Assembly (NCBI RefSeq): GCF_009834535.1
Contig: NC_045696.1
Span: 98,272,001-98,336,000 of the forward strand
Source: Camelus ferus
Taxonomy: Eukaryota
Direction of reading: 5' to 3'
DNA length: 64,000 nucleotides
Below, piece by piece: positions 1 through 13,662 of this stretch. The position numbers and the translations under genes are program-made. Every line of letters starts with the position of its first letter. The stretch's first letter is position 1. The notes below the pieces were generated by a model. That model worked only from the letters and a program-made list of their open reading frames with translations, was not told where the DNA came from and ran no database searches.

Positions 1-302
1 TCATATAAAGGAAGCTAAAATCAATTTTTAAATTTATTGACATTTATTACTTTATTCATAAAGTAATTTTCCTTCACTTAATTGGTACATGTTGTATTTC
101 TCACCCTTTAATTCAGAGGCTGTGTGTCTAATGCATCCATCTAATTAAACCTAAATTCTAGCAGAAATCCAGGGGGAGCCTCTGCTACTTCAGCTGCCCC
201 AGACCTAGAAGATGCACTGTGGGCCAGTACTTCTTACAGGGCCATTTCCATCATCCTCTGTTTGTTCAGTTGGGTATAGATGAGTATGTTCTATGTAAAA
301 TG

Positions 303-344
303 AAGATGAGCATTCATTAAAACAAAGATGAGCATTCATTAAAA
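303..344. repeat. short direct duplication (20 bp x2)
   Basis: AAGATGAGCATTCATTAAAA at 303-322 and 325-344. Confidence 0.95.
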
Positions 345-1703
345 GTTCAGAGTTGGGTTAAATATGGCTGGGCCATTAGATTATAGAATAATCTTATGTA
401 TCACACAAGAAGCTTCTGTCATCAGTGACTTGAATTTGCATTGCTTTCACACTGCCAAAGCAGGTTGGATTTTCTGCTTTGTATTGTTAAGGGAGACAGT
501 TGTTTTATCCTTTTGATCTGTACACTGACTTCACTGGACAGACCAAAAGGCAGCAAAATACCCATCTTGTTCTTCCTCTTTGGCCTGGAGCATCACCGAG
601 AAGCCGAGGGTCAGACTCTAGGCCAAAAGACAGCCTTTACCCACTGCCTTGGCTTTATCTACAGTAGCTTTGTTTACTTTTTTATGGTGGCCTCTGATGT
701 GTGCGGAAATATTTTGGTTTTGCCTGGATAAGATTTTGCTCTTGACTGGATTTTGGACTTGCAGTATGAGCTTGTTCCTGTTGTCCCAGGGACACCCTGA
801 GTGAGACCAGTATTTTGTTTAAATTCTGGAAAGGTGCCAAAGACCTAGTTCCAGATAACGGGTTACCTTCTGTCAGGTCTGCACTGTACTGTTACATTCC
901 TGAGATATCCTAGATCTTTCTTGAATTTAAAAAAATCACTCCTATATATCTAACTCTTCTTAAGAACCTTAAAAGGAATGACTAGCTAGTTGAAGGTAGA
1001 GGATAACAGCACTTTTGGTACTAGTGAAAAGTTCTTCCTGTGAGCAGTACCGAACTGCTAAATTTAGAGACTAATTCTCTGACTCTTTTCATTTTTGAAA
1101 ATATTAATAGTAATCCAGTTTAAATTAGAATCTCTTATATGGTTGTAAGCTAAACATATCTAGCTATATTATTTAAACATAGGGAACAATGTTACTGTAG
1201 ATAAACTGTATGAATAACAGGTTATTTGGAATAGATTCTTTATTCTATAAAGAAAGCTATTTTTTTCCACAAATGGCTAACCTTTACTTTGCCTTTTTTC
1301 CATTGGTAAGACTCTGAGATTCATATTTAACAATTCTAAACTGGGCCCAAACTTCTATTATTTATGCTTTCACTGAAAAATGATACTATTAAATGTATGA
1401 AGGGAATATTGGCTGGATATTTATATGTCTTTTTCACAGCTATTTATAGCTGTTTCCAAACCTTGATGCTTCAGTGACTCAAAGACAAAATTAAAAAAAA
1501 AATTTTTGGCTTGAGTAACATACAGCCATTAGTCCAGGAATCAAATTTAATTGAACTACTAAGTATAAGTGACTGGAAAGTAATTGAGACTGATATTAAA
1601 AGAGTAGGATCATGTTAGGAGGAAAATGGTGACCAACAAGTTTAAGAATACACTATAAAAAGGGTGATTATATTAATTAAAAATTATAAACAAACTATTG
1701 TTA

Positions 1704-1707
<4 letters not shown>

Positions 1708-1754
<47 letters not shown>
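1708..1754. repeat. (AT)n microsatellite
   Basis: Pure AT dinucleotide run. Confidence 0.98.
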
Positions 1755-1759
<5 letters not shown>

Positions 1760-2337
1760 GAAATCAAAATGGAGACTATTAATATATTACTTATTTCCAT
1801 AAAAAAGAAAAAAGAAATAAATGGTCCAATATATATTTTGCTTGGCTTACCAACTGCTTAAAAAATGTAAGTCAGCTTTAGTTAAATATACAACTGAGAC
1901 ATACCTATCATTGTAGGAAAAATAAAATCTCACAGAATATAAAGGATAAAGAAAAAATATTGGACTTTAGAAATTATCTGACATCTTTTCTTGTTTTGCT
2001 TACTTAGACATGTCAGTGATTTAGGTAAAAAAGCCAACAGCCACATATTAGCTCAACATAGCTGTGTACCACTTTTCACAATTTTTAAGAAAATAAAAAT
2101 CTCTGACTTTAGAAGAGTACATAAAATATTTAAATAAATATTTAAAATAGTTAATTCCACACATTTTGCTATGCAAATAAATAGGACAAAGAAAAAGGGA
2201 CCTGTGAGAACTGTATACCAGATAACCTCCAATGGAGAAAATTAGAGTTTAAAATTTCCAAATAAGTGTAAAAGAGCACAAAACTTTCTTACCAAGTAGC
2301 AATGAAGTCCACTGCATTATTAATAATTTGTGTATAA

Positions 2338-2535
2338 TAGTACTGTCTAATAGAATTTTCTGTAATGATAGAAATGTTCTATATCTGTGCCATTCAATAC
2401 AGTAGCCACTGACTACATGTGCCTATTGAGAACTTGAAATGTGGTTAGTACACCTGAAGAACTGAATTTTTAATTTCATTTATTATAATTTAAATAGCCA
2501 CATGGGGCAAATGGCTACCATATTGAACAATGCAG
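2338..2535 (+). mobile_element. MER3-like hAT-Charlie DNA transposon
   Basis: CTGTCTAATAGAATTTTCTGTAATGATAGAAATGTTCTATATCTG...GGCTACCATATTGAACAATGCAG matches the recalled MER3 consensus. Confidence 0.85.
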
Positions 2536-4874
2536 GTCTGTAGATTTTAAGCCACTGAATATGGTTTTATTCTTTTACGTGTCCTAACCAGGTTTTTCCA
2601 ATTTTCATAAGTAGATTTCAATCTAAATATTTTTGGTTCTATAAAACAAGCTCTGAAATGCTGTTTACATGTTACTGGTTTCAATCAATAAGAGATCAAA
2701 GTTCTGTAGCTGTAAGTTGGTGGAAGTTTCAAAGTGACAATACAAAGTTCAGAAGGACCTTCCGAAAACACTTTCTATATTTCAGTACAGTGACCATGGA
2801 CTGGGATGGGGCCTCAGAGATGCTTCCACAGGAAATCAAGGGCAGTGTTGCTAGTTAGTGGCAGAATTGGCATGGAATCAGTTCTTTAACAAAAGCTGAC
2901 TTCTTAGAATTAAGCATGTTTTGCTTATTTGTCTGAAACCTAAAGATTTGAAAAAGTTTAAAAGTTTACAGAATTTTTTTCAGTATTTTCTTATTTGTAA
3001 GCAAAATGTCATCATTGTCTGGGAAGTTTTGCTACAAATGTGTGATGTTATCAGAAACCAAGGGGCTTCCAAAATACAGGGGAGGAGAGGCTGGTCGAAG
3101 AATTATTCCTGGCAGGAGCCCCCATCTCCCCCAACATTACTGTCCCGGTTCTTCTGCTCTGAGGCTGATGGGGTATTACAGACAAAGAGCTCCTTCTGTT
3201 CAGCACTCTTAGGATGTAAAATAAAGATTCCAGTCTTAGTGTCTTCCTAACTAGGACATATTTTTAATGTACTTTTTCCAGAGCTGGATTTTTTCTGAAG
3301 ACACGCGCAGCCCAGCTTCCTAAGTTTAACTATACCTCACGAAAAAACCCCTGAGGATTTCCAGTGGCACAGCTCTGTAGAATGTTACTATTTCTGTCTC
3401 CAAGATTAAAGCAGTCCTAAATAGTTTCCTAATACCACTGTGGAGTGCCTTCCAGCAAGTGTTTCTTACCTGCCAATCAAAAAGACCAGTCACCTCTAAC
3501 ATATGTCTGCCCACCACCACTGATCTTATCTACCTCAGCATATTCAGAAGGGGACAAGCTACTCTTCATTCTCCTTGGAGGAACTAGGGAGTGTCTCCCC
3601 TGTTAATCTGGGAAGCTGAGGGCTTGTTCTTTGAGCCGAGTTTACTTCAGGAGAAAAAAATCCTGCTAGCCGAGTCTCTTTATGAAAGCTATCCTACGGG
3701 CCCATGTGGCAGGAGCTGGACTGACAGAGCATCCCCGGCTGCTCTCTCAGGTTTTGAGTGAAGTGCCCTGCTGTGTGACTCCATGGAACTCATGCCTACC
3801 AGTGGGCTAAGCTGCATGGGAATGAAAGGGTGCCTCTGCATCCAACTCCAGAGCCCCTTCCCCTATATCTTATTGGAGTAAGGGAGACGTTTGTAGGTTC
3901 ATAGTCTTTAGACCTGTGCATCTAGAACTGAGTGCTGGGGCATCGCAGAACTCAAGTCCCTCATTTGGTGGCTGGGGAGAGAGCACGGTCATCTCCCTCC
4001 TGACCCTCCTAAAGCCCTACATAGTATGGAAAGTGCTGCTCAGAGACATCACCTCTAACCACAAGGAGATCCTTGCCAAGGGGTTGCAGATCTCTCACAT
4101 GGTTTATCATCACTACATGAATATCTTGGTAATTCTGACACTTTACATTTAAATTCATACAAATATATATGTTTTTAAGCTGCATATTAGAAGGGATGAG
4201 TTAAGATTGGAATTTCATTCTTTTCTGCTGCTTCTGTTTGTCATGTAACAAAGGCCTGTGTGGCTTCTTGTGCCATCTTCACTGTTGACATGTTAGAGAA
4301 AATTGCGGACAGATACGATGTTACAGGTGTAGAACATTTACCTGGATGCAGACCTTCTGGGATGGAGTCAATGACTTATTCAGCTAAAAACTCAGCCATT
4401 TTAGACCAATTTATCATGTATCAAATCTGGAAAGAAAAAAAAAGATTAAAATGATTCACTGAATATGGTCAGACTTTTATTTTCTAATTTACAGAATAAG
4501 CATTAACACTACATCTTAAGAATGTTTTTAAAGGGAATGAAGCCATCTGGGCCACATCAAGAACATATTTTTCCTTATATAGAGTTAGGCTCTACTAAGT
4601 GGCTGTCTGTCATGGGATCTTGTCCTCCTCCTGATTATAGTCAACATTGTCCCTCGACCCTTGTAGATGAACACCAGAGAAGGAGAAAAAAGGATCTTTT
4701 GGGGTAAAAAATAGCATAATCCTCTAAGGCATTTCTGTAGAGATAACTACTAAATATAAGAAATATTAGATTTTTACTTGTGAATCTACAGTAAAACTTT
4801 GATACGTGATTCTTTTTAATATAAAGTTTATGTAAGTATTGTTGTATCACAATTTAAAACAAATCTTAAAAAAT

Positions 4875-5860
4875 ATTTTTTATGTTTTAATTTTTCATAG
4901 AAGTAATACATGCATGTGGTATAAATGTCATTAAAGAAAAGTATAAAATAAAAGTACCTCCTGAAAAAAAATAAAAATAAAAGACCCAGGAAAAAAATAG
5001 TACACATCTTTTAACCCTCACTAATTGCCTCTCCTGATCCACTTCTCAGAGATACTTATTACTAATAGTTTGCTATGTACCTTTCTAGGACTTTAAAAAA
5101 TGTATACACATGCATATAAAGGTGTATATCCATGTTTTAAAATTTTGTACACCATATAGTCTGTGTGTTTTTTAACTTGATAATATGGCTAGCAGAACTT
5201 TCTGCGTCACAATACATAAACTTATCTCTTTCGTTTTGATAGCTATTTGGTAGCCCATTCATTGCACTAAAATATGATATTTATCCAGCCCCAGGGCTTT
5301 TTTTTTTTTTTTCAGTTTCCCATTTTGGATGCTTAAAAAAAGCCTCAATGATCATATTTTGTACTTACATGATTATATCAGTAGAAAAAGTTCCAAACAT
5401 AATTGTTGATGCAAATTGTTTATACATTCTAAGTTTTTGAAAGATATGTACAAACTGTCCTCTATAAAGGTTACATGAATTTATAATACCAAAAATCTGG
5501 CTTGTAGCAAACCTTAAATTTTTCCTAAGTCTGATAAGTGAAAAGTACATTTTTGTTTTGATTTGCACTTCTTTAGTTATGAATGATGTTGAGCTTCTTT
5601 TTGTTTTCTCATTTTTTGTAGTTATTTTTCTATTAGTTTGCCCAGTCATGGCCTTTGCTCAATTTTCCATTGGGTTGTTCACTGTTTCTCATTTTAAAGA
5701 GCTTGTATTATATTAAAGAAATTGGCATTTTACATGTGATGTGTGGCAAATAGCTTTCCCAAGTTCCTGTTTATCTTTTGACTTTATGGTGCTTTTTACA
5801 ATACAGCCATTTAAATTTTTTTATGTAGCCAAATTCATCAATATTTTTCATTATGGATTT
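4875..5860 (-). mobile_element. ancient L1 (L1ME-like) 3' fragment
   Basis: Typical antisense L1M motifs (TTTGATTTGCACTTCTTTAGTTATGAATGATGTTGAGC; CCATTGGGTTGTT). Confidence 0.7.
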
Positions 5861-6544
5861 GGAGATTTTTTTAAGTAAGAATTTTTTTTTTTTTAAAGAC
5901 TTACTCAAGAAGACTGCGTATAGGTTACTTTTTTTTTTTTTTAACAACAGTGTATACCAACTTCACTATCACATAGTGATACGGGAGAATTTTGACATTA
6001 GAAGGACCTATTTTTATCCCTATTTCTTGTTTTTTTTTTTTGTTATAGCAAAAAAAATCCCATTAGATGATTTTTTCCTATAAAATACCACTATGGTGTA
6101 AAATCTGTGGACTCTACTATACATTGGGGAAAAAAATAGAGACAGGGTCAGATTTACCAATATCATTCTCTAGAGGGTTAATAGTGGTTTTCTAAGATCT
6201 GAAATATAGAGTGAGTTAGAAGGAAAGTAAAATAAATTCCAAGTCAAACAAAGTATGAAATACAGTAGAGGTTCATTATAGGAAAATTTGAAAGCACATG
6301 CAAAAGAAAAAAAGGTGGGGGTAAAGAAAAAGTCACCTTTGATCTTAACCTTGATCTTAATAATCGTGAAAAGCTTTTAAGATTTGTTACATATTTTTCC
6401 TAGTGTTCCTTATTTGTTCCACAAATATACAGGCATTTAAAAAAATATCAGTGATTTTGCACATATCAGTGCTAATACAACTTTTTTTGTTAGAATATCA
6501 ATGACCCAAGTAAGACCTTAATGGAACCTTGACAAGAATCTGCC

Positions 6545-6600
6545 ACACACACACACACAGATGCACACACGCACGCACACACGCACACACAGGCTCACAC
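6545..6600. repeat. interrupted (CA)n microsatellite
   Basis: CACACA runs with CGCA interruptions. Confidence 0.9.
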
Positions 6601-7536
6601 CTGATTTATGTTTTATACATCTTTATATTTACTTATGATTACCTTTCCTTGTCATTAAATATTTTAAAATCTATATATAAATATATGATGACCATATAAT
6701 ATTCTATCATACTGCTTAACCTAGTGGGAATTTAAAAGAATAGATTTGTATTTCTCTCAGAAATCCATTCTATCAAATGCTAGAATACATTCAGGAAATC
6801 ATTACGTAGGAATCACATCAGATTCTTTTCCATTCCTGATAAAGTGGCAGCAATTAACTGTGTGAAGGTCAAGTGCTGGAAGACATCATGATACAGTGTG
6901 TTTTATGTGAAGTGACATCATTTGAATGGAAAGAGAATTAGATTATTAAAGCTGGGTCAGTGGAACATTCCTGTTCTAGGGACACACCATGTAGATTTAG
7001 AAGCATGTAAGATGCATTTGAATTGTATAGCAAGAAAAGTTTGGATCAAAAAGTGAAGAAAAGAATACGTAAGATAAAATTGTAAATGTATGAAGTTTAC
7101 CAGAAGAAATGCTGTGAGATTTTTTAAAATTTATTTAGGAAAAAACCTGATACAGATTAAATTCAGCCACAGTCACAAATATTTAGGTTTAGTAAGACCA
7201 TCAGGACTGTAAAGAATCCTAAGAGGATCATCAGTACTTTATCATTTATTAGCACTAGGACATTCTGCCTGCTATGTGCAGGATGTCTCCTGGGCACGAA
7301 TTTCCCTCTAAGCTCTCACTACTTGGCTTTATGGCATCTCTGGGTTGATTTTTGCCCTAAGCCATGACTTACAAGTTAGACAGTGTACTATTAGTGCTGC
7401 CGAAAGTTCTAGATCTAAGCAGTTGGTGAATTTCTGTCTCCCAAGGATGTCCTTTTATCATGGAAAAAATCGTGGCTGCTCAGTACCGTTGACACACCTC
7501 TCCTCTCAAACATGATCAGAAGGAACCTAGACTCAC

Positions 7537-7566
7537 CTCAGTCTTTTGACCAACATCAGTGAACCC
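7537..7566 (-). other. candidate 30-nt microexon
   Basis: TGTTGTTTTGACAG|GGGTTCACTGATGTTGGTCAAAAGACTGAG|GTGAGT. Confidence 0.3.
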
Positions 7567-8189
7567 CTGTCAAAACAACAGACATTTGACCAGATCCTCC
7601 TGACAGCTCTCAGAGAATCTGTATACACTGGGAGAAATCTTTCAGAGACTGAATCATTTGGGGAGTCACTGGCTTAAAATAAATCACCCTTGCTTGCAGA
7701 CTGACTGGTTAGTAACCCTATTCAACTAAAGTTTTGTAAACCATGCTTATAGATAAAAAGTGTTTATATCAAAAGCGGAAACAGTGATACGTAATTTGAG
7801 TTGGAATGCAGAACAGTTTATGTATGTAGGAAATGGCTTGTTCAATTCAAGACAAGTTTTTAAAAAAAAAAAAGTTCATCAGAACACTAAAAGGTTAAAA
7901 AAAATAAATTTCAAATAATGATGGGAAAAACAGAGATATCAAATCTTAAGGTTTAAATAATGGGCTTTCTTAGTTCCTGTATTTATTTCCCAGTTAAAGA
8001 AGGAATTTCTAGAGTTCTTCATTATTGCAGTTAAAGGTAAGATGACAGGCAAACATCATAACCAAAATGGAATAGATCTTGTTTTTTCTATGAGGGAAGT
8101 AGAACTTGATTTCCAATTGTAACTTTAAATAAATTCTCAAATAATTGGCCTTCAAAAGCAGGCAGCCTGGTGTGGAACAGACAGTGTGG

Positions 8190-8418
8190 GTGGCAGCTCA
8201 GAGCACAGGAATCAGAAATTTGTGTTTAAATCTTGATTCTACCAGTTACCACATTTTGATAAGCTACTTATCTTGTTATTACTCAGTATCCTGGTCTATA
8301 ACATGGGGGTAAAGCAGTGGCCATTACATAGAGATGTTGTGAGGATTAAATAAAACACAGTATTTAAAGGCTGAACATTGTTTGGCATATTGTATGTGCT
8401 CAATAAATGTTAGCTTTA
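8190..8418 (+). mobile_element. MIR SINE
   Basis: GTTGTGAGGATTAAATAA core and GTGCTCAATAAATGTTAGCT 3' end. Confidence 0.8.
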
Positions 8419-8499
8419 TTAAAAATGTTAGTTTATTAAAAAGCCAAGAAAATAACCTCTAGGGAATCATTCTGAACAAGCCAGAGGTACTGTTCACTC

Positions 8500-8830
8500 A
8501 TGCGTCTCTAGCTTTAATGTGCATTTGAGTCACATGGGGATCTGGTTAAAATGCAGATTCTAATTCAATGGCTTGGGTAGGGTCTGAGGTTCTGTGATTC
8601 TGATAAGCTCCCAGGTGATGCCCGTGATGCTGGTCTGTGGGCCTTGACACCCGAAGTAATTGTGGATGGTTGTTTCTAATTTGTAATAGATATGGACATT
8701 CTCAATAGGCGGAAAGGGGGAAAGGAGGGAAAAGGAAGATGCCGACAATATGTACAGATTTAAAACTGCTCCCCAGGTGATTGTCATACGCTTGCCTTAC
8801 CTGCTTCCTAAAGCCTGAAGAACCACTGAT
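8500..8830. mobile_element. MER5-family DNA transposon fragments
   Basis: GGGGATCTGGTTAAAATGCAGATTCT...AAGCTCCCAGGTGATGCC and a second CCCCAGGTGATT...AGAACCACTG piece. Confidence 0.75.
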
Positions 8831-11285
8831 TTGGTATTTCAACCTTTTATTCTGTTTCATTTCTCTTTTTCTTACCTTCCCCTTGCCATTACAGCTTTAG
8901 ACTAAAAAATGGTATTAATACTTAGTTCCCCATTAAGTAAGACTAAAGTATCGATTTTAAGTCATTTTATTGTGTGTAATAGGAAATGGTTTCGCTCTAA
9001 CATTTCTCTTCTACAATATAAGCATCTGAAAATGTATTTAATATTTTCCATAGCTTTAACCAAAAACAAACAGGCAAAAAGGGACTTGTAGAGCATTTAG
9101 TAATAGAATACAAGGATGGAATTGGATGTAGTGCATACTATCAAAGGAGTAACAACGCCATGGGGAGGGGAAGATTGTGGTGGTTATTATGGAAGTGGCC
9201 AGAATCAGTGTAACCACATTCAACATTTCCCCTTGGTCTGAAAGGTAGGAGGGTTGTTTTTAAATGGCTGCGCAGCCCAGTGGCATTGAGATGATTAAAG
9301 AGACCCGTGTCTAAATATGTACTTAGCTTGACCAACACCTCTCTAGGGCAAAGACCGTTTTTATACTTTGGTATGTCCTCAGGGCCTGATATCACTCCGA
9401 TCCATTATATTTTCTCTGTAAATATCTTCTGCTATTGTTGATGTATTTCATAGATATAACCCTTCATTTTCCAAGGTAGATAAGAGGAGCTTTGATTAAT
9501 ATAAAATGGAAAATAGCTAAAGAAAACTTAGAGAGCAAATTAGCAATCATAAACTCTCTTTAAAAGTACACAACTGAATGTGTATTCTCCAGTATTCTTA
9601 CTGTGAAGTTAACTAGTCAATGTACTTTAATTCACTTATCTAAATAAGATTTTAACATTATTTGATGAAGAACAAAGCAGCTTATATGTGTATAAAATGA
9701 ATAAGAAATCACACAAAAGCTGACCCAATGAATGATTATTAATTCTGTGATTTAAAATTTTAAGGACGTCTAGAATTGGGACTTGGAATATGAAGGCACA
9801 ATGGGATTCTGAAAAAAATGAGGCATATCAATTTCTTACTCATTTTCCAATTTGTGTTGGAAAAGTAATTAAATGTGAGATCAGCCAGACAATTTAAAAT
9901 ATTCCTAGTTATAGGAAGGAAAATCAAACAGTAACTGGCAGAGTCTAGACATTTATTTTTACTTAAGACATTTAGATGATACATCTGTTTAGGAGCCAAA
10001 TAAATAAAAACAAACTCTTCTAAACTAAGCTATAAAAATAACGTAATATAAAGCAGCCATACAGCATTTACAATATATAGTGAATTCTTTATTAGTAAAA
10101 CTAGTTTGAAGAACTTTTGGTTTTCATATTAAAGGGAAGTTTTTCCCCTGTGATCATCTGCTATGAAGAGAAAGAATCAAAATTAGAAAAACTTTTAATG
10201 TTAATACAACCACAGCTAATAGCAGGATTCACTTGTCATTTTTATGATTGTTCTAAGTATACACTTTTTTCTAATTGTCAAATTTGTCATTAAAGTAACC
10301 ATCAACTAACATAGCATTTGGCAAATTTATAGCTCTTTATTTTATTTTATTTTTTTGCTGTGATTTGTTTTAGGTGTATTTTAGAGCTTTAATAGGATAA
10401 TGGTAGTCATTTGCCAAATCAGTTGAATCTTACCTTAAATCCCCATAGATACTCCCTGATTTAAGATGGCTTTATATAATAAGCCATTGAAAAGTTGATT
10501 TTTAGTAAATAAAATCTCTGTTATGTGAATGAAACAGAAAATGTAAAGTGATAGCTAAATTTAGGCTGGAAATGGAACAGAATTTACTTTTGCTTATGGG
10601 AGCTTTAATATACTGTTTTAATAAGCACCTATGTGAAAAGAAACACAAACCATGTAATCCAATGATTTAGGCAATTTTGAAAGAGAAATTTTATAACCAT
10701 TTTGAAGAAAAATAATAGTACTTTCCAATGGTGATAGGTTAAAAGCTGATTTTTCCAATTTGCTAGGTAACATGGGAGAAGTGTTTATAACCCAGACTTG
10801 TCTGTTTTGTCATATTTTGTTGCTCTGGCTGTATATTTGTTTATTGCTACAGTGTGTCTTCAAGACAGCTTTTTAATTTTCACAACACTTGGATTTACTT
10901 CAAACTTCTAAATAAAATTCTTATTTGGGAGGCTCTCTGGCTTTGCCCATTCATGACTGAGCAGGAAAAGGACTAGGGAAACTAGCGAGCTTGGAGCTAA
11001 AGACCAGGTGCCTGCGTCTGGCAGCCAAAATCTCTAAATGTGATGGGACTTGATCTTGGTCCCTGTAACAAATTTGAAAGCAAAACACAGCAACTGTCAT
11101 CTGCTTGTAAAGGACTGTGTGACAGCACAGATAAAACTACAGGAGACACGCATCATGCATCTTAACTCCTTCTCACCGAAGTATTTCACCTGGGCTTTAG
11201 ATAAGCAACAGATTGAATTTTCTTTCATTGTTTTCCCTCTAGTGTAGGGCAAACAACTAGTCATAGTAACAACAAAAACAGTAAT

Positions 11286-11288
<3 letters not shown>

Positions 11289-11327
<39 letters not shown>
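11289..11327. repeat. (CAG)13 trinucleotide repeat
   Basis: 13 uninterrupted CAG units. Confidence 0.98.
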
Positions 11328-11330
<3 letters not shown>

Positions 11331-13440
11331 AAACCCCCAAATTATGTACACTCATACACACACAACTCTGACCCAAACTGGGAAAAGGAAAAGACAAAAA
11401 AAGTAAGAAACATGAACAATCCACAAAATCACAGTTTGAACACTGGAGCAGAGTAAGAGAGAGAGAGGGGAAAGATTTAAGCTCGGAGCTCTTGGGATGC
11501 AGAGCATTGCCGAAGCAACAGTGGCTGAAGGACCCTTTATAAATCTCAAGGAAGATAAACTTTCCCTTCCTTTGGCATCCTTGGAAGAAAACCAGTTTTC
11601 TTCTGAGCTGATTCAGTTTAAGGTTGAAGAAGAACTGAGCTAGAAATAAAGGCCTCATGATGGGCACAAAGAACAACGAAGTCAGGAAATAAAAAGGAGA
11701 AAACAGAGTAGATAACAGACTTGACACTAAAAATCATGAAACTTCAGCAAATGGTGAGACCTTGCAACTGGGGCCACTCCCTGAGCCTTAAACCAGGTTG
11801 TAGGAAGAGCCAGTTGTGATTTGCGGAGGGACACTTGGACCTAATGATTTTCCAGGGCAGAAAATTTACCGGGAGAGCTATTTAGACAGCTTTGAGGGCC
11901 ACAGACATGGGCTAACGGGGTAGTTATTTTAAACTTTTATTTTTTAAGCAATAACTAGGCAACAAAAGGAATCAAGGAATTCTGTCATTGGAGGGAAACT
12001 TACAGGCAGGGACTTGAGGTTCAGAGTTGTGAAATAACTCTAACAGCACATGGCCAGATAAGTAAGAGTCTCCATTCCCAGCGCCCTGTGCTTCCCTGCC
12101 CCTGCACTATCTTCCAGAAGGGTTGTGGAATCCACCACAGCCTGAGGAGAGATTATCCACATGGGGCCTTTAGAGCTAGGGAAACACTGCAGGGTACAAG
12201 GAAAACCGGCAGTTTCTGTTTTAGAGAAGACTTATAAAGGCATTATAGCTTATGCTAAAGGGAATACATCTGAGGACCCAGGATCCTTCGGTGGCAACTA
12301 CCAAGAGAATCACGTTGGGGATGAGGCACCTTTAGGAGATGTAAATTGCTAAAAAAAAGTTATAGAACAGAGCAGCAGGGTGCCAGATTTCCTGCCTCCC
12401 TCACTGTTACATTCTCTTCTTGGAATGACACTAGAAGTAAATGTAGCCAAGTTGCAAATGTGATCCCAGGGGAAAGTGAGCACCCAAACTTTGACCAGGA
12501 AGAGAGGGCTCCAGAGGGCCACTCCTGAGTGATTCTTAATGAGGCCATCAGCAAAGATTAGGTAAAGAGGCCCTAGGTGGCTTCATTAGCCAAGTCTCTG
12601 ATGGCTGCCCGAAGACAGGGCAGGAGATGCTTTGGGAAAGACTTGCTGAGGCCTTCTGGAGACGTAGCATCTGGCACTGTGGAGATACTTGGCCGGACTT
12701 TAAGAGACTTGGAGAATGGGGTGCTAGGTAGAGGAGTGGATGAAGGGAAGGGGCCAGCAACAGGCTCTGTTGGAAGCAAAAGAGCTCCTAAAATCTCTCA
12801 GTTACAAAAGTGCGCTGGACAGGGTTGTGGGGATTGGGGTGTGGAGAAGCCCAGGTTTTTCCCCTCCCCATTTAGATGAGTCAAAGAGCACTTTACCTAG
12901 GTGGAGACTTTGCCCTACGTGGGGGCGGCGTCGGAGAACCCACCGATATGGTTTGCAGGGAGGGGTGTGGGGGAGGTGAGCCGTGCTGGTGCATGGCCAG
13001 GGAAACAGTGTGGGGACACTCTTAACTTCACTTTAGAAGTGGCACAGCTTTTAAATGGACGCCCTGCGGAGTCGTACACTCAGGTTACGGTTAAAAGACA
13101 AGAGTTAACTAGAAGCCTCGGGAAGAAAGTTTACTTGGTTGCATACCATTTCTACAGATTTCTTGCTTGAGCTCGATAGAATTTGGTCAAATCGGAATGA
13201 AATTTCGGGAGCAGGCAGCAAACAAACTCAAATCGTTTCTTCCCAACACAGATGCCCTTCATCAGATTTGGGTAAGGGCGGTCAGCTTCGGGTCGGGGTG
13301 GGCGCCGACTGGAAATAACTCTCTCGCGCCTTCGTTCCCGGGATCCTCCCGGCACAGCACCCCCAGTTGACACTTTGGCCTGAAAGTGACCACCCCTGTC
13401 CCCAAACCCCGAGCCTGACGGCCAGTCCGCGCCAACTCAC

Positions 13441-13662
13441 CCGCACCCAGGATGCTGCGCCCACGGCCGACAGAGCTGGCGGCGCTGGTTCGGGGCGTGG
13501 GCGCGCCGCCTCCGCGTTCCGGCTGTGCGCCCTCACTCCCGGGGTCCGCTCGGGCTCCTCCCCATGGATCGCCGCCTCCCGGCCGCTGAACTGCTAGTCG
13601 AGCGTCCGCCCAGACGCTCTGTCGCCCACTGCCTGGGGCGCTTGGCTGACAGGCGCAGGAAT
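13441..13662 (-). other. probable non-coding first exon of an unidentified gene
   Basis: Runs from the predicted TSS to a consensus donor CGG|GTGAGT (intron begins 13440). Contains a short uORF (ATG GGG AGG AGC CCG AGC GGA CCC CGG GAG TGA); no ATG-initiated frame reaches the donor. Confidence 0.6.

Noticed and set aside
11097..11727. ORFs with poly-Leu/poly-Ala (84 aa and 156 aa)
   Set aside because: The homopolymers come from the CAG/CTG microsatellite; the composition is otherwise non-coding and there is no supporting exon structure.
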